Counted from the first letter of the stretch, positions 48,495-58,241 are shown. The stretch: 64,000 nucleotides of DNA from an uncultured bacterium (GCA_963825585.1 CAWGTX010000007.1:1839-65838), one strand, 5' to 3'. Notes: a model not told the origin generated them from the sequence alone. Numbers and translations are program-made.

Positions 48495-49043
48495 ATGCTC
48501 GATAGCGCACGAAACCAGCGACGTGTTCGCATGACTTCCGAGGAACCGGTGGTGCTGGGGCTCGAATCGTTCGAGTCCTTCTATCGGCGCGAGTTCCGGC
48601 CGATGGTGGCACTCGCCTTCGCCCTCTCGGGGAGCCGTCTGGCCGCCGAAGATCTGGCCCAGGAGGCGATGATGGTTGCGCACCGGCGCTGGGCCGAGGT
48701 TGCCCGGCTCGAGCGGCCCGACGCCTGGGTTCGCCGGGTGGTGTCGAACATGTCGGTGTCGGCATACCGGAAGCGGGCCTCGGAAGCCCGGGCGCTCGCT
48801 CGCCTTGCCGGACGCCGACAAGAGGTGCTGCCTGCCATGGAGCCGGCAGACGACGAATTCTGGAAGGCGGTTCGCGCCCTGCCCACCCGGCAGGCGCAGG
48901 CCTTGGCCCTTCACTATCTCGAGGACCTCCCCGTTGCCGAGATCGCCGAAGTGCTCGACTGCAGCCCTTCGACTGCGAAGGTCCATCTGTTTCGGGGCCG
49001 CAAGAACCTGGCTGCCGCACTTGGCATGGAGGAAGGGCGATGA
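48495..49043 (+). CDS. ECF RNA polymerase sigma-70 factor
   Basis: AEDLAQEA, PDAWVRRVVSN, LPTRQAQALALHYLEDLPVAEIAEVL..STAKVHLFRGR. Confidence 0.95.
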   Translation: MLDSARNQRRVRMTSEEPVVLGLESFESFYRREFRPMVALAFALSGSRLAAEDLAQEAMMVAHRRWAEVARLERPDAWVRRVVSNMSVSAYRKRASEARALARLAGRRQEVLPAMEPADDEFWKAVRALPTRQAQALALHYLEDLPVAEIAEVLDCSPSTAKVHLFRGRKNLAAALGMEEGR

Positions 49044-49978
49044 TCGATCTCGACGCACGGGCGCGGGCTGCGGCCGATGGTCTGAAGGCCTCGGTCGGGT
49101 CGGCGGATCTCAGGCTGGCGTCGGCGCTTCCCGGAACTGTGACGTCATGGCCACCGTGGGCGATGTTCGCGGCGGGGGCTGCCGTGGCCGGTGCCGTCGT
49201 CGTCGCAACCGTTGTGGATGTGCCGGAGATGGAGGAGCCGGTCACGGCCACGACCGTGACCACCACCGTCGCCGAGTCGACCACCACCGTGGATACGGCG
49301 CCCACCAGTGCGGGAACGGTCCCGCCGGCTACCGGTGCGCCTGTCGTCACCGCTCCAGCCACGACGGCGCCCACCCTCGACACCACTCCACCACCGATCA
49401 CCATCACCGATCCGGCCGATGGGAGCGAAACCGACGAGTCCAGGATCACCTTCCGGGGCACCACCGAGCCGGGAGCCAGCGTGTTCGCCGGCGACTTCGA
49501 GGCCACGGTCGCCGACGACGGCTCATGGTCGATCGTGCTGCTGCTGTCGCCTGGTGAGACCACGGCCCGCTTCGTCGCCGTCGATGCCGCAGGGAACGAG
49601 GCGTCGGCGTCAGTCACCGTCACCCTGATCGTCCCCGAACCCGAGACCACCACAACGACGAAACCGAAGGACGAACCCGAGACCACCACGACCACCAAGC
49701 CGGTGGAGGAGGAGGTGGCACCCTTCACCGCCGTCGCCTCCTTCGGGGTCTGCGCCGAGGAACCCCCCTGGGACGTCTACTTCGGCACCGGCGAGCCCGG
49801 GACGGCGGTACAGATCACCTCGCCGTACGGTTTGGGCAGCACGGTGGTCCGCTCCGACGGATCATGGGAGGTCAAGGTGTTCTTCCCCGACGCCCCGATC
49901 GGCAAGTCCTTCGACGTGACCGTGACCGACGAACTCGGCCGCACGAAGGGCTTCGGATTCACCCACACGGAGGCGTAG
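49040..49978 (+). CDS. Putative single-pass anti-sigma factor with an Ig-like ectodomain
   Basis: ATGA overlap with the sigma gene; short cytoplasmic N-terminus, one TM helix, Thr/Pro linker, ectodomain paralogous to 47321..48235. Confidence 0.7.
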   Translation: MIDLDARARAAADGLKASVGSADLRLASALPGTVTSWPPWAMFAAGAAVAGAVVVATVVDVPEMEEPVTATTVTTTVAESTTTVDTAPTSAGTVPPATGAPVVTAPATTAPTLDTTPPPITITDPADGSETDESRITFRGTTEPGASVFAGDFEATVADDGSWSIVLLLSPGETTARFVAVDAAGNEASASVTVTLIVPEPETTTTTKPKDEPETTTTTKPVEEEVAPFTAVASFGVCAEEPPWDVYFGTGEPGTAVQITSPYGLGSTVVRSDGSWEVKVFFPDAPIGKSFDVTVTDELGRTKGFGFTHTEA

Positions 49979-50055
49979 ACCGGCAACTCGACACCGGCGC
50001 CATACGTTGACGGCGCCGCAGGCGGCCGTTCCGGAACCTGTCCCCGACGAGAAGA

Positions 50056-50075
50056 GCCCCCGGCGGACCGGGGGC
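50056..50075. terminator. Hairpin between convergent genes
   Basis: GCCCCCGG-CGGA-CCGGGGGC. Confidence 0.5.
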
Positions 50076-50099
50076 CCTCAGCACTCGGGTGCACGCCGC

Positions 50100-51170
50100 T
50101 CAGCTGGAGGCGACCGCTCCCAGCGCTTCTGCGATGTCGGCCTGGGACAACGGAAGCTCCACCACCTGGTTGCGCTCGGCCGACAGGTCGGCGGCCAGGT
50201 AAACCTCCATCGTCTGGCGGGCCAGCCGGGGCTCCACCATCACGTCACGATCGAAGGCCACCGCCTCGAGGAAGTGGATGGTCTCGCGCTCCATGGGACC
50301 GGCGTAGACGTGATCCACGTACTCGCCGGGCATGGTGGAGAGCGGGAACTGCACACCCTTGTCGACGGTGTTGAAGATGATGTCCTTGTGGGACGCATCC
50401 ATCAGCAGGGCTCCGTCGGTGCCCAGCACCTCGATCCAGGTCGAGGCGAAGTTGGGATAGCCGGGGGGTAGCGACCATCCGCCGCCCACGTTCACCACCA
50501 CGCCGTCATCCATGGTCACCGTGATGTACTGGACATCGGGCACGCCCTGGTCACGACGTGCGCCCCACGCCACCTGGCTGTAGACACGCACCGGGCGGCG
50601 TGGCTCGAGCAACCAGAACGAGAAGTCGAGGTCGTGGGTGGCCTCCATCGCCGCCGGCGACAGCTTGGTGCGGCTGCCGATCTTGGCGCCCAGCGAACGG
50701 GCGATGTGTCGGCTCACCAGCACGCTCACCGGATCACCCAGCGACCCGTCGTTGAGGCTCCGCTTGGCGAGCGCCTGCTTGGCGTTGAACCGCTGCGAAT
50801 AGCCGATCGTGAACTTGAGTCCCTTGGCCTCGGCGATCTCGATCAGCTCGTCGGCCTCTTCCAGGGTGATGGCGATCGGCTTCTCGAGCAGCACGTGCTT
50901 GCCTGCCTCGAGCGCCGCCTTCGTCATCGGGTAGTGGGTGGTCTCGGGGGTGGCCGAGATCATCAACACCTGGATGTCGGGGTTGGTGATGAGCGCCTGC
51001 CAGTCGGTGGTGGCGGTGACCGCACCGGTCATCGCCGCCACCTCGGCCAGTCTGGCCTCGTTGGTTTCGGCGATGTGCAGATCGCCCACGAGTGCGCTGT
51101 TGGCACAGGCCACGGCGCGGATGCCTCCGCACCAGCCGGGACCGATGACGCCTACGTTGAGTGGTTCCAT
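50100..51170 (-). CDS. Gfo/Idh/MocA family oxidoreductase
   Basis: GVIGPGWCG, ISATPETTH, GKHVLLEKP, EATHDLD. Confidence 0.9.
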   Translation of the reverse strand: MEPLNVGVIGPGWCGGIRAVACANSALVGDLHIAETNEARLAEVAAMTGAVTATTDWQALITNPDIQVLMISATPETTHYPMTKAALEAGKHVLLEKPIAITLEEADELIEIAEAKGLKFTIGYSQRFNAKQALAKRSLNDGSLGDPVSVLVSRHIARSLGAKIGSRTKLSPAAMEATHDLDFSFWLLEPRRPVRVYSQVAWGARRDQGVPDVQYITVTMDDGVVVNVGGGWSLPPGYPNFASTWIEVLGTDGALLMDASHKDIIFNTVDKGVQFPLSTMPGEYVDHVYAGPMERETIHFLEAVAFDRDVMVEPRLARQTMEVYLAADLSAERNQVVELPLSQADIAEALGAVASS

Positions 51171-51195
51171 GAGCCGGGTCCTTTCGTCGTCTGGT

Positions 51196-52314
51196 CTAGG
51201 TGAGGTCGGAGGGTTGGATCGGCAGCTTCACCGGGAGACCGGTTCGGGCCGACTTGTCCATCGCCATGGTCAGCAGCAGGTTGCGGTGACCTTCGGCGGC
51301 GGTGGCATGCGGGGTCTTGATGCCGGTGGTGAGCTTGTTGTACCAGGTCAGGGTCTCCTCGCGCATCGGGCCCCACAGCATCCCGTCTGAGAGGTCTCCG
51401 GGCGGATAGCTGCCGATGAAGTCGACGTGCCGGGGCGCCGGCGGCTTGAAGCCCTTGGATGTGTATCCGGCCGGCTGGCCAATCTCCGAGGCCAGGATGA
51501 CGTCGCGGTGGGTGTCCTCGATGTCGATGACGCCCTTGGTGCCGACGATGCCGATCTCGAGGCCGTACACCGCTCCCGGCCACTCGGTGGGCAGTGCCCA
51601 GTTGATGTTCATCGAGAAGATCGTGCCGTCGTGCATCGTGAAGACACCGAACGTGGCGTCCTTGGTGCCGAGCTCGGCCAGCGTCTTGTCGACCGACCGG
51701 GCGTACACCTCGACCGGCTCCTTGCCCTCCAACAGCCACATCGACATGTCGAGGCTGTGGGTGCCCGACACCACCATCGGTGTGAGGTTGCCCCGGTCCT
51801 CGGTTTTGATGAGGGTGGCGATCGGCACCATCCGGTTCATGAACGCCCGGGTGACCACCGAGGTGACCTCACCGATCTGGCCGTCGCGGAGCCGCTGTTT
51901 GACGGTGAGGAACCGGCGACGGAACCGCTGGGTGTAGCCCATGACGGCGTCGATGCCGTTGGCCTCGATGGCGGCGAGCACTTCGGCCGACTCGTGGGGG
52001 TTGGTGGCGAGGGGCTTTTCGATGAAGAGCGGCACACCCCGCTCCACCGACAGCATGATCGGCTCGACGTGTTCGTTCTCGGCGGTGGCGACGATGACCG
52101 CCGTCACCTCCGGACGGGCGAGCAACGTCTTCACATCGGTGGTCACGAAGTCGGCGTTGACGTCGGCGGCCAGCTTCTGGGCGGTCTCCTCGTGCATGTC
52201 ACACAGGCCGATCCACCCAACGGCCCGGGTCTCCCGAGCGAGCACCGCCCGGATGCGCCCAATGGTGCCGCACCCGATGATGGCGAGTCCAATGGGTTCA
52301 GACATGTCCGTCAC
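51196..52314 (-). CDS. Gfo/Idh/MocA family oxidoreductase
   Basis: IIGCGTIG, LFIEKP, GYTQRF, SGTHSLD. Confidence 0.9.
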   Translation of the reverse strand: MTDMSEPIGLAIIGCGTIGRIRAVLARETRAVGWIGLCDMHEETAQKLAADVNADFVTTDVKTLLARPEVTAVIVATAENEHVEPIMLSVERGVPLFIEKPLATNPHESAEVLAAIEANGIDAVMGYTQRFRRRFLTVKQRLRDGQIGEVTSVVTRAFMNRMVPIATLIKTEDRGNLTPMVVSGTHSLDMSMWLLEGKEPVEVYARSVDKTLAELGTKDATFGVFTMHDGTIFSMNINWALPTEWPGAVYGLEIGIVGTKGVIDIEDTHRDVILASEIGQPAGYTSKGFKPPAPRHVDFIGSYPPGDLSDGMLWGPMREETLTWYNKLTTGIKTPHATAAEGHRNLLLTMAMDKSARTGLPVKLPIQPSDLT

Positions 52315-53375
52315 TCCAATCCGAGCAGTCGGGCGGCGTTACCGCTGGTGATGGCGGCCAGCGCCGCCAGGTCGTCTCCCACCGCACGGGAGATGAGGCC
52401 GACCGGGTCCACCTCGCCCATGTCATAGGGGTAGTCGGTGCCGAGCACGATGCGCTCTGCGCCGTACTTCTGGATCAGGAACGACAGCTGGTCCTCGGCG
52501 AACACCATCGAGTCGAGGTAGAACTGCTTCATGTACTCGCTGGGCGGCTTGGGCAGCCCTTCGCGTACGTCCGCCCGGGCGTGATAGGCGTGATCCATGC
52601 GAGCGGCGTAGGCGGGGAGGTATCCGCCACCATGCACCAGCACGATCTTGATGTCGGGATGCCGCTCCATGACACCGTTGAAGATCAGGTGACCGGCGGC
52701 GAGTGTCGCTTCGATGGGATGGCCGAACACGTTGATCATGTAGTGGTGGCCGAGACGCGCCTGGTTGTCGTGGCCGTTGGAGTGGATCACCACGACCGCA
52801 CCCAGCCGCTCGACCTCGTCCCAGAACGGCTCGAGACGCGGGGCGGAGAGCTCTTCGTCCTCGACCCGGGTGGCGACCTGGATGCCGGGGAACCCGAGGT
52901 CGGTGACGCAGCGCCGCAGCTCGGCGATGGCCATCTCGGTGTTCTGGAGCGGCATGTTGCCCATGCCCATCAACCGGTCCGGTGCGGCGGCCACAAGGTT
53001 GGCGAGGTCGTCGTTCATGCTGGGGAAGACGTCGGCGGCGACGTCATCGGCCGCCCAGTAGTACATCTGCGGGGGGAAGTGGGCGACGCACTGGATGTCC
53101 ACGCCCATCTTGTCCATGTCGCCGAGGCGAACGTCCAGCGACTCCATCTGGGGCCGAATCGACGCCATGTGCTTCTTGTTCACCTCGCGGGTGAGGTCAC
53201 TTCCGATGGTGAGCGACACCTTGCCGCGGCGATCCGCCTCGGCGTGCATCCGCTCCATCACCGGCTTGCTCTCCCAATGGCAATGAAGGTCGACGACACG
53301 ACCGGTCTTGCCGTTCCGGGCGCCGGAGCCTCCCCCGGCGGGCATGGCAGCCCGGTTGACACATGAGATGAACAA
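52311..53375 (-). CDS. Amidohydrolase_2 family protein (ACMSD-like)
   Basis: AGGAGG RBS then TTG; VDLHCH, MPLQN, FGHPIEAT, VHGGGYLP, LGTDYPYDMG. Confidence 0.9.
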   Translation of the reverse strand: MFISCVNRAAMPAGGGSGARNGKTGRVVDLHCHWESKPVMERMHAEADRRGKVSLTIGSDLTREVNKKHMASIRPQMESLDVRLGDMDKMGVDIQCVAHFPPQMYYWAADDVAADVFPSMNDDLANLVAAAPDRLMGMGNMPLQNTEMAIAELRRCVTDLGFPGIQVATRVEDEELSAPRLEPFWDEVERLGAVVVIHSNGHDNQARLGHHYMINVFGHPIEATLAAGHLIFNGVMERHPDIKIVLVHGGGYLPAYAARMDHAYHARADVREGLPKPPSEYMKQFYLDSMVFAEDQLSFLIQKYGAERIVLGTDYPYDMGEVDPVGLISRAVGDDLAALAAITSGNAARLLGLE

Positions 53376-53402
53376 ACTCAGTCCTCCTGAACTCAACGCT
53401 CG

Positions 53403-53417
53403 ATCCTGCAGGATATA
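53403..53417 (+). promoter_or_regulatory. Candidate operator ATCCTGCAGGATATA
   Basis: Perfect palindromic core ATCCTGCAGGAT. Confidence 0.75.
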
Positions 53418-53447
53418 TGTTATCGGGCGGGAGCGTCGGGGCGAAGC

Positions 53448-54341
53448 TCAGGTTGCGGGGACGATGGTGGGGACGTCTCCGGTGTCCGGGCCGGGACCCC
53501 AGGCGCCGATCTCATCGGCAACGTCGACATCGGCGTTCATGAGGATCTCGACCGCCCAGGCGTTGAACAGGTCGGGTCCCTGGCTCTCCACCCCATAGAT
53601 CAGGACCTCCTCGCGTACCGAGTCGGCCGAAGGGGCGTCACGCTCGGTGACCTTGGCGACGAAGATGGCACCGTCGCCGGCCGGTCTGGCATAGGACACT
53701 CCGACCTCGCCATCGAGTGCCACCGGCGCCAGTGCCTGACCGTGATCGATGGGCGAGGCACACCCCATGTCGAGTCGCGCCGTACGGTCCGGGTAGACAT
53801 CGAAGATGGCGTCGAGGTCTTCGCCGGCGTCAACCCGTGCCTGGATGTCGGGTACCAGCTCGGCGTCGGCCAGGTTCAGGACCACCATGCACACCCGCGA
53901 GTTCACCGAGAGGAATCCCCGGTACGCCTCGTCGAAGTCGAACCCGTGACCGTCGGAACGGACGAGCTTCTCTTCGAGCTCGCTTCGGATCACATCGAGT
54001 TCGGCTTCGAGCATGATCCGGTCACGGGTGACGCCCCGCTCCTGGAGCACCGCATCGATGTCCTCACCCAGCCCCCGAGTCCGATTGTCGAAGGCCTCGG
54101 TGAGCTCGGCCTCGGGGACGGCATACTGGAAGTCGGCCTGCGCCCCGGCGGTGAGCAGCCGGTGGAGCACGAGCAGGTAAAGGCTCGATGCCCGCTCCTC
54201 GACCACCGTCGAGTCACCGGCGGCGTTGAGAGCGCTCAGCTCATCGGCCGACACATCGACACCGTCGACCGTTGCCACAACCCCGGGAGCGGACGTACAG
54301 GCGGCGAGCAGCAGCATCAGGGCGACGATCGAAGATCTCAT
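53448..54341 (-). CDS. Lipoprotein, SurA/PrsA foldase-like
   Basis: Lipobox LLAAC; VVATVDGVDVS; helical body; C-terminal ADVDV..IGAW. Confidence 0.55.
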   Translation of the reverse strand: MRSSIVALMLLLAACTSAPGVVATVDGVDVSADELSALNAAGDSTVVEERASSLYLLVLHRLLTAGAQADFQYAVPEAELTEAFDNRTRGLGEDIDAVLQERGVTRDRIMLEAELDVIRSELEEKLVRSDGHGFDFDEAYRGFLSVNSRVCMVVLNLADAELVPDIQARVDAGEDLDAIFDVYPDRTARLDMGCASPIDHGQALAPVALDGEVGVSYARPAGDGAIFVAKVTERDAPSADSVREEVLIYGVESQGPDLFNAWAVEILMNADVDVADEIGAWGPGPDTGDVPTIVPAT

Positions 54342-54563
54342 GGATCGCCGATGGTATCGACCGAGACCGACTGTGCACTCGCTCCTCTGGTTCCGGGCAC
54401 TCAACGAGACCGAGCTGACAGGGACCGCCGACCAGACCTGTCCGGGGATGGTCAACACGTCGACAGGCCAGGACCCGGACTCCGGTCCTGTTGACCCGTA
54501 GACCCGTGGACCTGTCGACCGCTCTGCGAGTGGATCCACTGCCCCATCCCCAGCTGGTCGACC

Positions 54564-55082
54564 TCAACAGGCGTCGCAGGCGCCCATGATGAACCCGAGC
54601 ATGGTGTAGTACCCGACGGTGGCTGCGAGTTCGACCACCCCACCGTCGCCGAGCAGGTCCTTTGCCCGGGCGAACGTCGCGTCGGACACGGTTGCCGTCC
54701 CGCTCAGCTCGTTGACGAAGTCCATGAGCGTGGCTTCGGCATCGGTCAGCACCACCGAGCTGCCCTTCTCGAGATAGTCCATCACCTCGGGCCTGACGCC
54801 GGCCTTGCGGGCGAGAGGAGCGTGACTGTCCCATTCGAAGGCACACCCGAGGGCGATGGCGGCGGTCACGATCACCAGCTCCCGATCGTGATCCGAGAGC
54901 GACGACTCGTAGCGGATCTTGCCGCCGAGCTCCGCCATCGGCTGGGCGATACCGGGTGCGTGCAACATCACCTCGTAGGGGCGGATCATCGAGCCGCGGC
55001 TCTCCACCACCCAGTTGAAGGTGGCCCGCTGGTCCTCGGTCATGTCGTCGGTCAGCTCTGTGAACAAGCGGATCCGTGCCAT
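54564..55082 (-). CDS. Carboxymuconolactone decarboxylase/AhpD family protein
   Basis: PYEVMLHAP, IRYESSL...RELVI...FEWDSH...ARKAGV, VVELAATVGYY. Confidence 0.85.
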   Translation of the reverse strand: MARIRLFTELTDDMTEDQRATFNWVVESRGSMIRPYEVMLHAPGIAQPMAELGGKIRYESSLSDHDRELVIVTAAIALGCAFEWDSHAPLARKAGVRPEVMDYLEKGSSVVLTDAEATLMDFVNELSGTATVSDATFARAKDLLGDGGVVELAATVGYYTMLGFIMGACDAC

Positions 55083-55083
55083 C

Positions 55084-56145
55084 TCAGCCTCCGATTCGGA
55101 ATAGACGATGCGCGTTGCCGCCCACGATCAGATCGCGGTCGGTCTCCGTCAGGCGGGTCTCGGCGACCATCGCCAGCGGATCGGTCAACCCCATGTCGAA
55201 GGGGTAGTCGGTGCCCAGGAGCACCCGATCAGCACCATAGTTCGCCACGAGCTGTTCGATCATGCCCGGGTCGAAGACGGTGATGTCGTAGTAGAGCTGC
55301 TTGAGGTACTCCGACGGGGGACGGTCGATGTGCTGACGCAGCTCGGGCCGGTGCTTGAAGGCGTGGTCGGTCCGGGCCGAGTAGAAGGTCAGGTACCCGC
55401 CACCGTGCACCACCAGCATCTGAAGGCGCGGGTGTCGCTCGAACACGCCGCTCAGAATCATCCGGGTCACCGTCAACGTCGACGACAACGGCATGCCGAT
55501 CACATTCACCAGGTAGTAATCGGTGAGGCGTTCCGCCTGGGTGAAGCCGGCCGGGTGCAGGATGATCACCAGCCCCAACTCCTCGAGCACCTCCCAAACG
55601 GGTTCGAACCGGGTGTCGTCGAGGTCGAGCCCGTTGATGTCGGCGCCCATGTAGACGCCCGGGAACCGGTACTCAGCAGCCAGTCGACGGGCTTCGACCA
55701 CGGCCGCCTCGGGATGGTTGAACGGGAGCGTCCCGATCCCCACCAACCGGGCCGGGTCGAATCCGGCGAACTCGGCGATCCTCTCGTTCTGGAGTGCTGC
55801 CACCCTGGGCGAGAGCTGGGCGTCGGCCCAGTAGAAGTAGTGGAAGGGGGACAGACCCACCAGCTGGCAGTCGAGACCGAGGGCATCCATGTCTGCCAGT
55901 CGGGTTTCCGGATCGGTGTACTTGGCCGCCGTCAGCTTGTAGAACTCGGCGTTGAGTTCCTTGGTCATCGGCGACGAGAAGAACGTCCGAGGATCCATCT
56001 CCGGCTTGAAGTGGGGCGCCGTGAGCTCTGCCGACTCGGGGACGAGCATGTGGGCGTGCACGTCGACGGTCCTCACCGGCGGCTTGGGTACCGACGAAGG
56101 CCCCCACCGCTCGGCCCATCCCTGGGGTGTGGTCAGATCTGCCAT
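55084..56145 (-). CDS. Amidohydrolase_2 family protein (ACMSD-like)
   Basis: VDVHAH, ILHP, IGMPLSST, VHGGGY, LGTDYPFDMG. Confidence 0.9.
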   Translation of the reverse strand: MADLTTPQGWAERWGPSSVPKPPVRTVDVHAHMLVPESAELTAPHFKPEMDPRTFFSSPMTKELNAEFYKLTAAKYTDPETRLADMDALGLDCQLVGLSPFHYFYWADAQLSPRVAALQNERIAEFAGFDPARLVGIGTLPFNHPEAAVVEARRLAAEYRFPGVYMGADINGLDLDDTRFEPVWEVLEELGLVIILHPAGFTQAERLTDYYLVNVIGMPLSSTLTVTRMILSGVFERHPRLQMLVVHGGGYLTFYSARTDHAFKHRPELRQHIDRPPSEYLKQLYYDITVFDPGMIEQLVANYGADRVLLGTDYPFDMGLTDPLAMVAETRLTETDRDLIVGGNAHRLFRIGG

Positions 56146-56146
56146 G

Positions 56147-57037
56147 TCACTCCTCCGGTACCCGCCCGATCCCCGCCCGACGTCGTATGACCTCGATGGC
56201 CGAGGAGTTGTCCTTGTCGGCCAGACCCCGCGTCTCGCCCTCGTCGAGCGCCGCCTCGACCAACCGGATGTGATCGGCGGGCGCACCCAGTCCCACGGCC
56301 TGTTCCAGGATGAGCTTGGAGTCCTTGTGACTCTGACGCAGACGGGCGTTGGGGCGCTCGTGGTCTCCCGCCACCATGCGATCGCCCCACAGATCCATCG
56401 CCTTCGAATAGGCGGCACTGTCACGCAACACCGCCAGCGTCGACTCGAGACCGAGCCCGGCCATCTCGGCCACCACGAGCCCTTCGGCCAGCGACGCCCG
56501 GTTGACGGCGAGCACGTGGTTGACGATCAGTTTCATGCGCGCCCCGGAGCCCACCGGTCCGACGTGGTGGTGGGACCTCCCCAGCGCCTCCATGACCGGT
56601 ATCGCCTGGCGGTAGGCGTCTACCGATCCGCCGAGCATCATCACCAGACCACCCTGCTCTGCCACGGCGGCGTTTCCACTCACCGTCATGTCGGCGTATC
56701 CGATCCCCAACGCCGCCAGTCCTTCGGCGGTGGCCATGGAATCCTCGGGCCGCCCGGTGGTGGCGTCGAGGACGAGCAGGGGCCGGTGCGAGGACGAGGC
56801 AACACCGTTCGAACCGAGGCACACCTCGCGGGCGATGTCGGATGTGAGCAGCGACAACAGCGCTATCTCGCACCCCGTCACCGCCTCTGCCGGTGACTCC
56901 GCCGGTATCCCACCCATCTCCTGGAACGCAGCCATCGCATGCGAGGAGATGTCGAACCCCCGCACCTCGAAGCCCGCATCGATCAGCCGCCGAGCCAGTC
57001 GCGAGCCCATGATCCCGAGACCGATGACGGCAATCAT
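56147..57037 (-). CDS. NAD(P)-dependent beta-hydroxyacid dehydrogenase, paralog of 6591..7484
   Basis: VIGLGIMG, DMTVSGN, GSGARMKLIVN, AAYSKAMDLWG. Confidence 0.9.
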   Translation of the reverse strand: MIAVIGLGIMGSRLARRLIDAGFEVRGFDISSHAMAAFQEMGGIPAESPAEAVTGCEIALLSLLTSDIAREVCLGSNGVASSSHRPLLVLDATTGRPEDSMATAEGLAALGIGYADMTVSGNAAVAEQGGLVMMLGGSVDAYRQAIPVMEALGRSHHHVGPVGSGARMKLIVNHVLAVNRASLAEGLVVAEMAGLGLESTLAVLRDSAAYSKAMDLWGDRMVAGDHERPNARLRQSHKDSKLILEQAVGLGAPADHIRLVEAALDEGETRGLADKDNSSAIEVIRRRAGIGRVPEE

Positions 57038-57066
57038 CGCTGGGACCCCTGGAAGTGAAGCCCGGT

Positions 57067-57309
57067 AAGAACGTAGAACGTAGAACGTAGAACGTACCGC
57101 TCCCCTCCCGGCAAGTTCGTTCGGGGTCGGACGTTCTGCGTCGAACCGTGTCGCCACCAGGTCCGTCACTATTGGGTACGCCTCTTCTGCTGCGCAGTTC
57201 ATGAGAACGACCCCCCGTGAGAACGATCACCGCGCACCATCGCAACGTCAGCCTGACGACGTGCTGACAGCACGAGGTTCGATACGTTGTACGTTCTACG
57301 TTCTACGTT
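57067..57309. repeat. Inverted AGAACGT heptamer arrays bracketing about 185 bp of non-coding DNA
   Basis: (AGAACGT)x4 at ~57068-57095; TACGTTGTACGTTCTACGTTCTACGTT at 57283-57309. Confidence 0.8.
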
Positions 57310-57338
57310 GAACCGCCCAACCACCGGAAAGCCCGACA

Positions 57339-58211
57339 TCAATCGAACCGGTAGAACGCGCTCGGATTGTCCACGAAGATCGCTTGCCTGATCGCCGGGT
57401 CCGGTGCCCACAGGGCCATCTGCTCGATACAGTCGGCGTCGTTGGGCTGGGCGTTGAACTTGTTGGGGTGCGGCCAGTCGCTGCCCCAGAACAGGTGGTC
57501 GGAGTTGGCTTCGATGAGGGCGTGGGCCAGCGGGACGATGTCGGGCCACGGCGGCCGATCGCCGACCCGCAGACGGTTGGGACCCGACAACTTCACCCAG
57601 GTGTTGCCCTCCTTCACGAGGTCGACGAGGACCTGGAACGGCGGGAAACCGACGCCTTCGGCGGCGGGCATGTAGGCGAAGTGTCCGATGGTCACCGGCA
57701 CGGGGAGTGAGCGGAACAGCGGAGCGAGCTCGGGAAGCGCCTCACCCATGAACAGGAACTCGAGATGCCATCCAAGCTCAACGATGCGGTCGGCGAGCAC
57801 CGGAACGTCGTCCATGGAGATGGGCATGCCGCCCTTGTTGTCGAGGTTGAGCCTCACACCTCGCACGCCGATGCGATCCATGTCGGCCAGCTCATCGTCG
57901 GTCACCGACATGTCGAGCGCCACCACCGCCCGTGCCCGGTCGGGGATCTCGGCCATGGCGTCGAGGATGGCGGAGTTGTCGGTCCCGTACACCGAGGGCT
58001 GGGTGAACACCACCCGCTCGATGCCGAGCTGTGAATGCATGTGGAGCATGTCGGCCAGCGTCGAGTCGGGCGGGTTGTAGCCACGATCGGCCGACAGGGG
58101 GTATCCGGTCACGAAGACGTGGGTGTGCGTGTCGACCGCCCCGTCGGGGAGCTCCAGCGTCGACTTCCGCGGATTGCGGTCAGGCGGAAGGCAGGTGGGG
58201 ATGTCGCTCAT
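57339..58211 (-). CDS. Amidohydrolase, LigI/2-pyrone-4,6-dicarboxylate lactonase-like
   Basis: LPDGAVDTHTHVF, TQPSVYGTDN, GVRGVRLN, WVKLSG, WGSDWPHP. Confidence 0.85.
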   Translation of the reverse strand: MSDIPTCLPPDRNPRKSTLELPDGAVDTHTHVFVTGYPLSADRGYNPPDSTLADMLHMHSQLGIERVVFTQPSVYGTDNSAILDAMAEIPDRARAVVALDMSVTDDELADMDRIGVRGVRLNLDNKGGMPISMDDVPVLADRIVELGWHLEFLFMGEALPELAPLFRSLPVPVTIGHFAYMPAAEGVGFPPFQVLVDLVKEGNTWVKLSGPNRLRVGDRPPWPDIVPLAHALIEANSDHLFWGSDWPHPNKFNAQPNDADCIEQMALWAPDPAIRQAIFVDNPSAFYRFD

Positions 58212-58241
58212 GTCGCTCCTCGTCGGCGGGTGGGAGGATCA

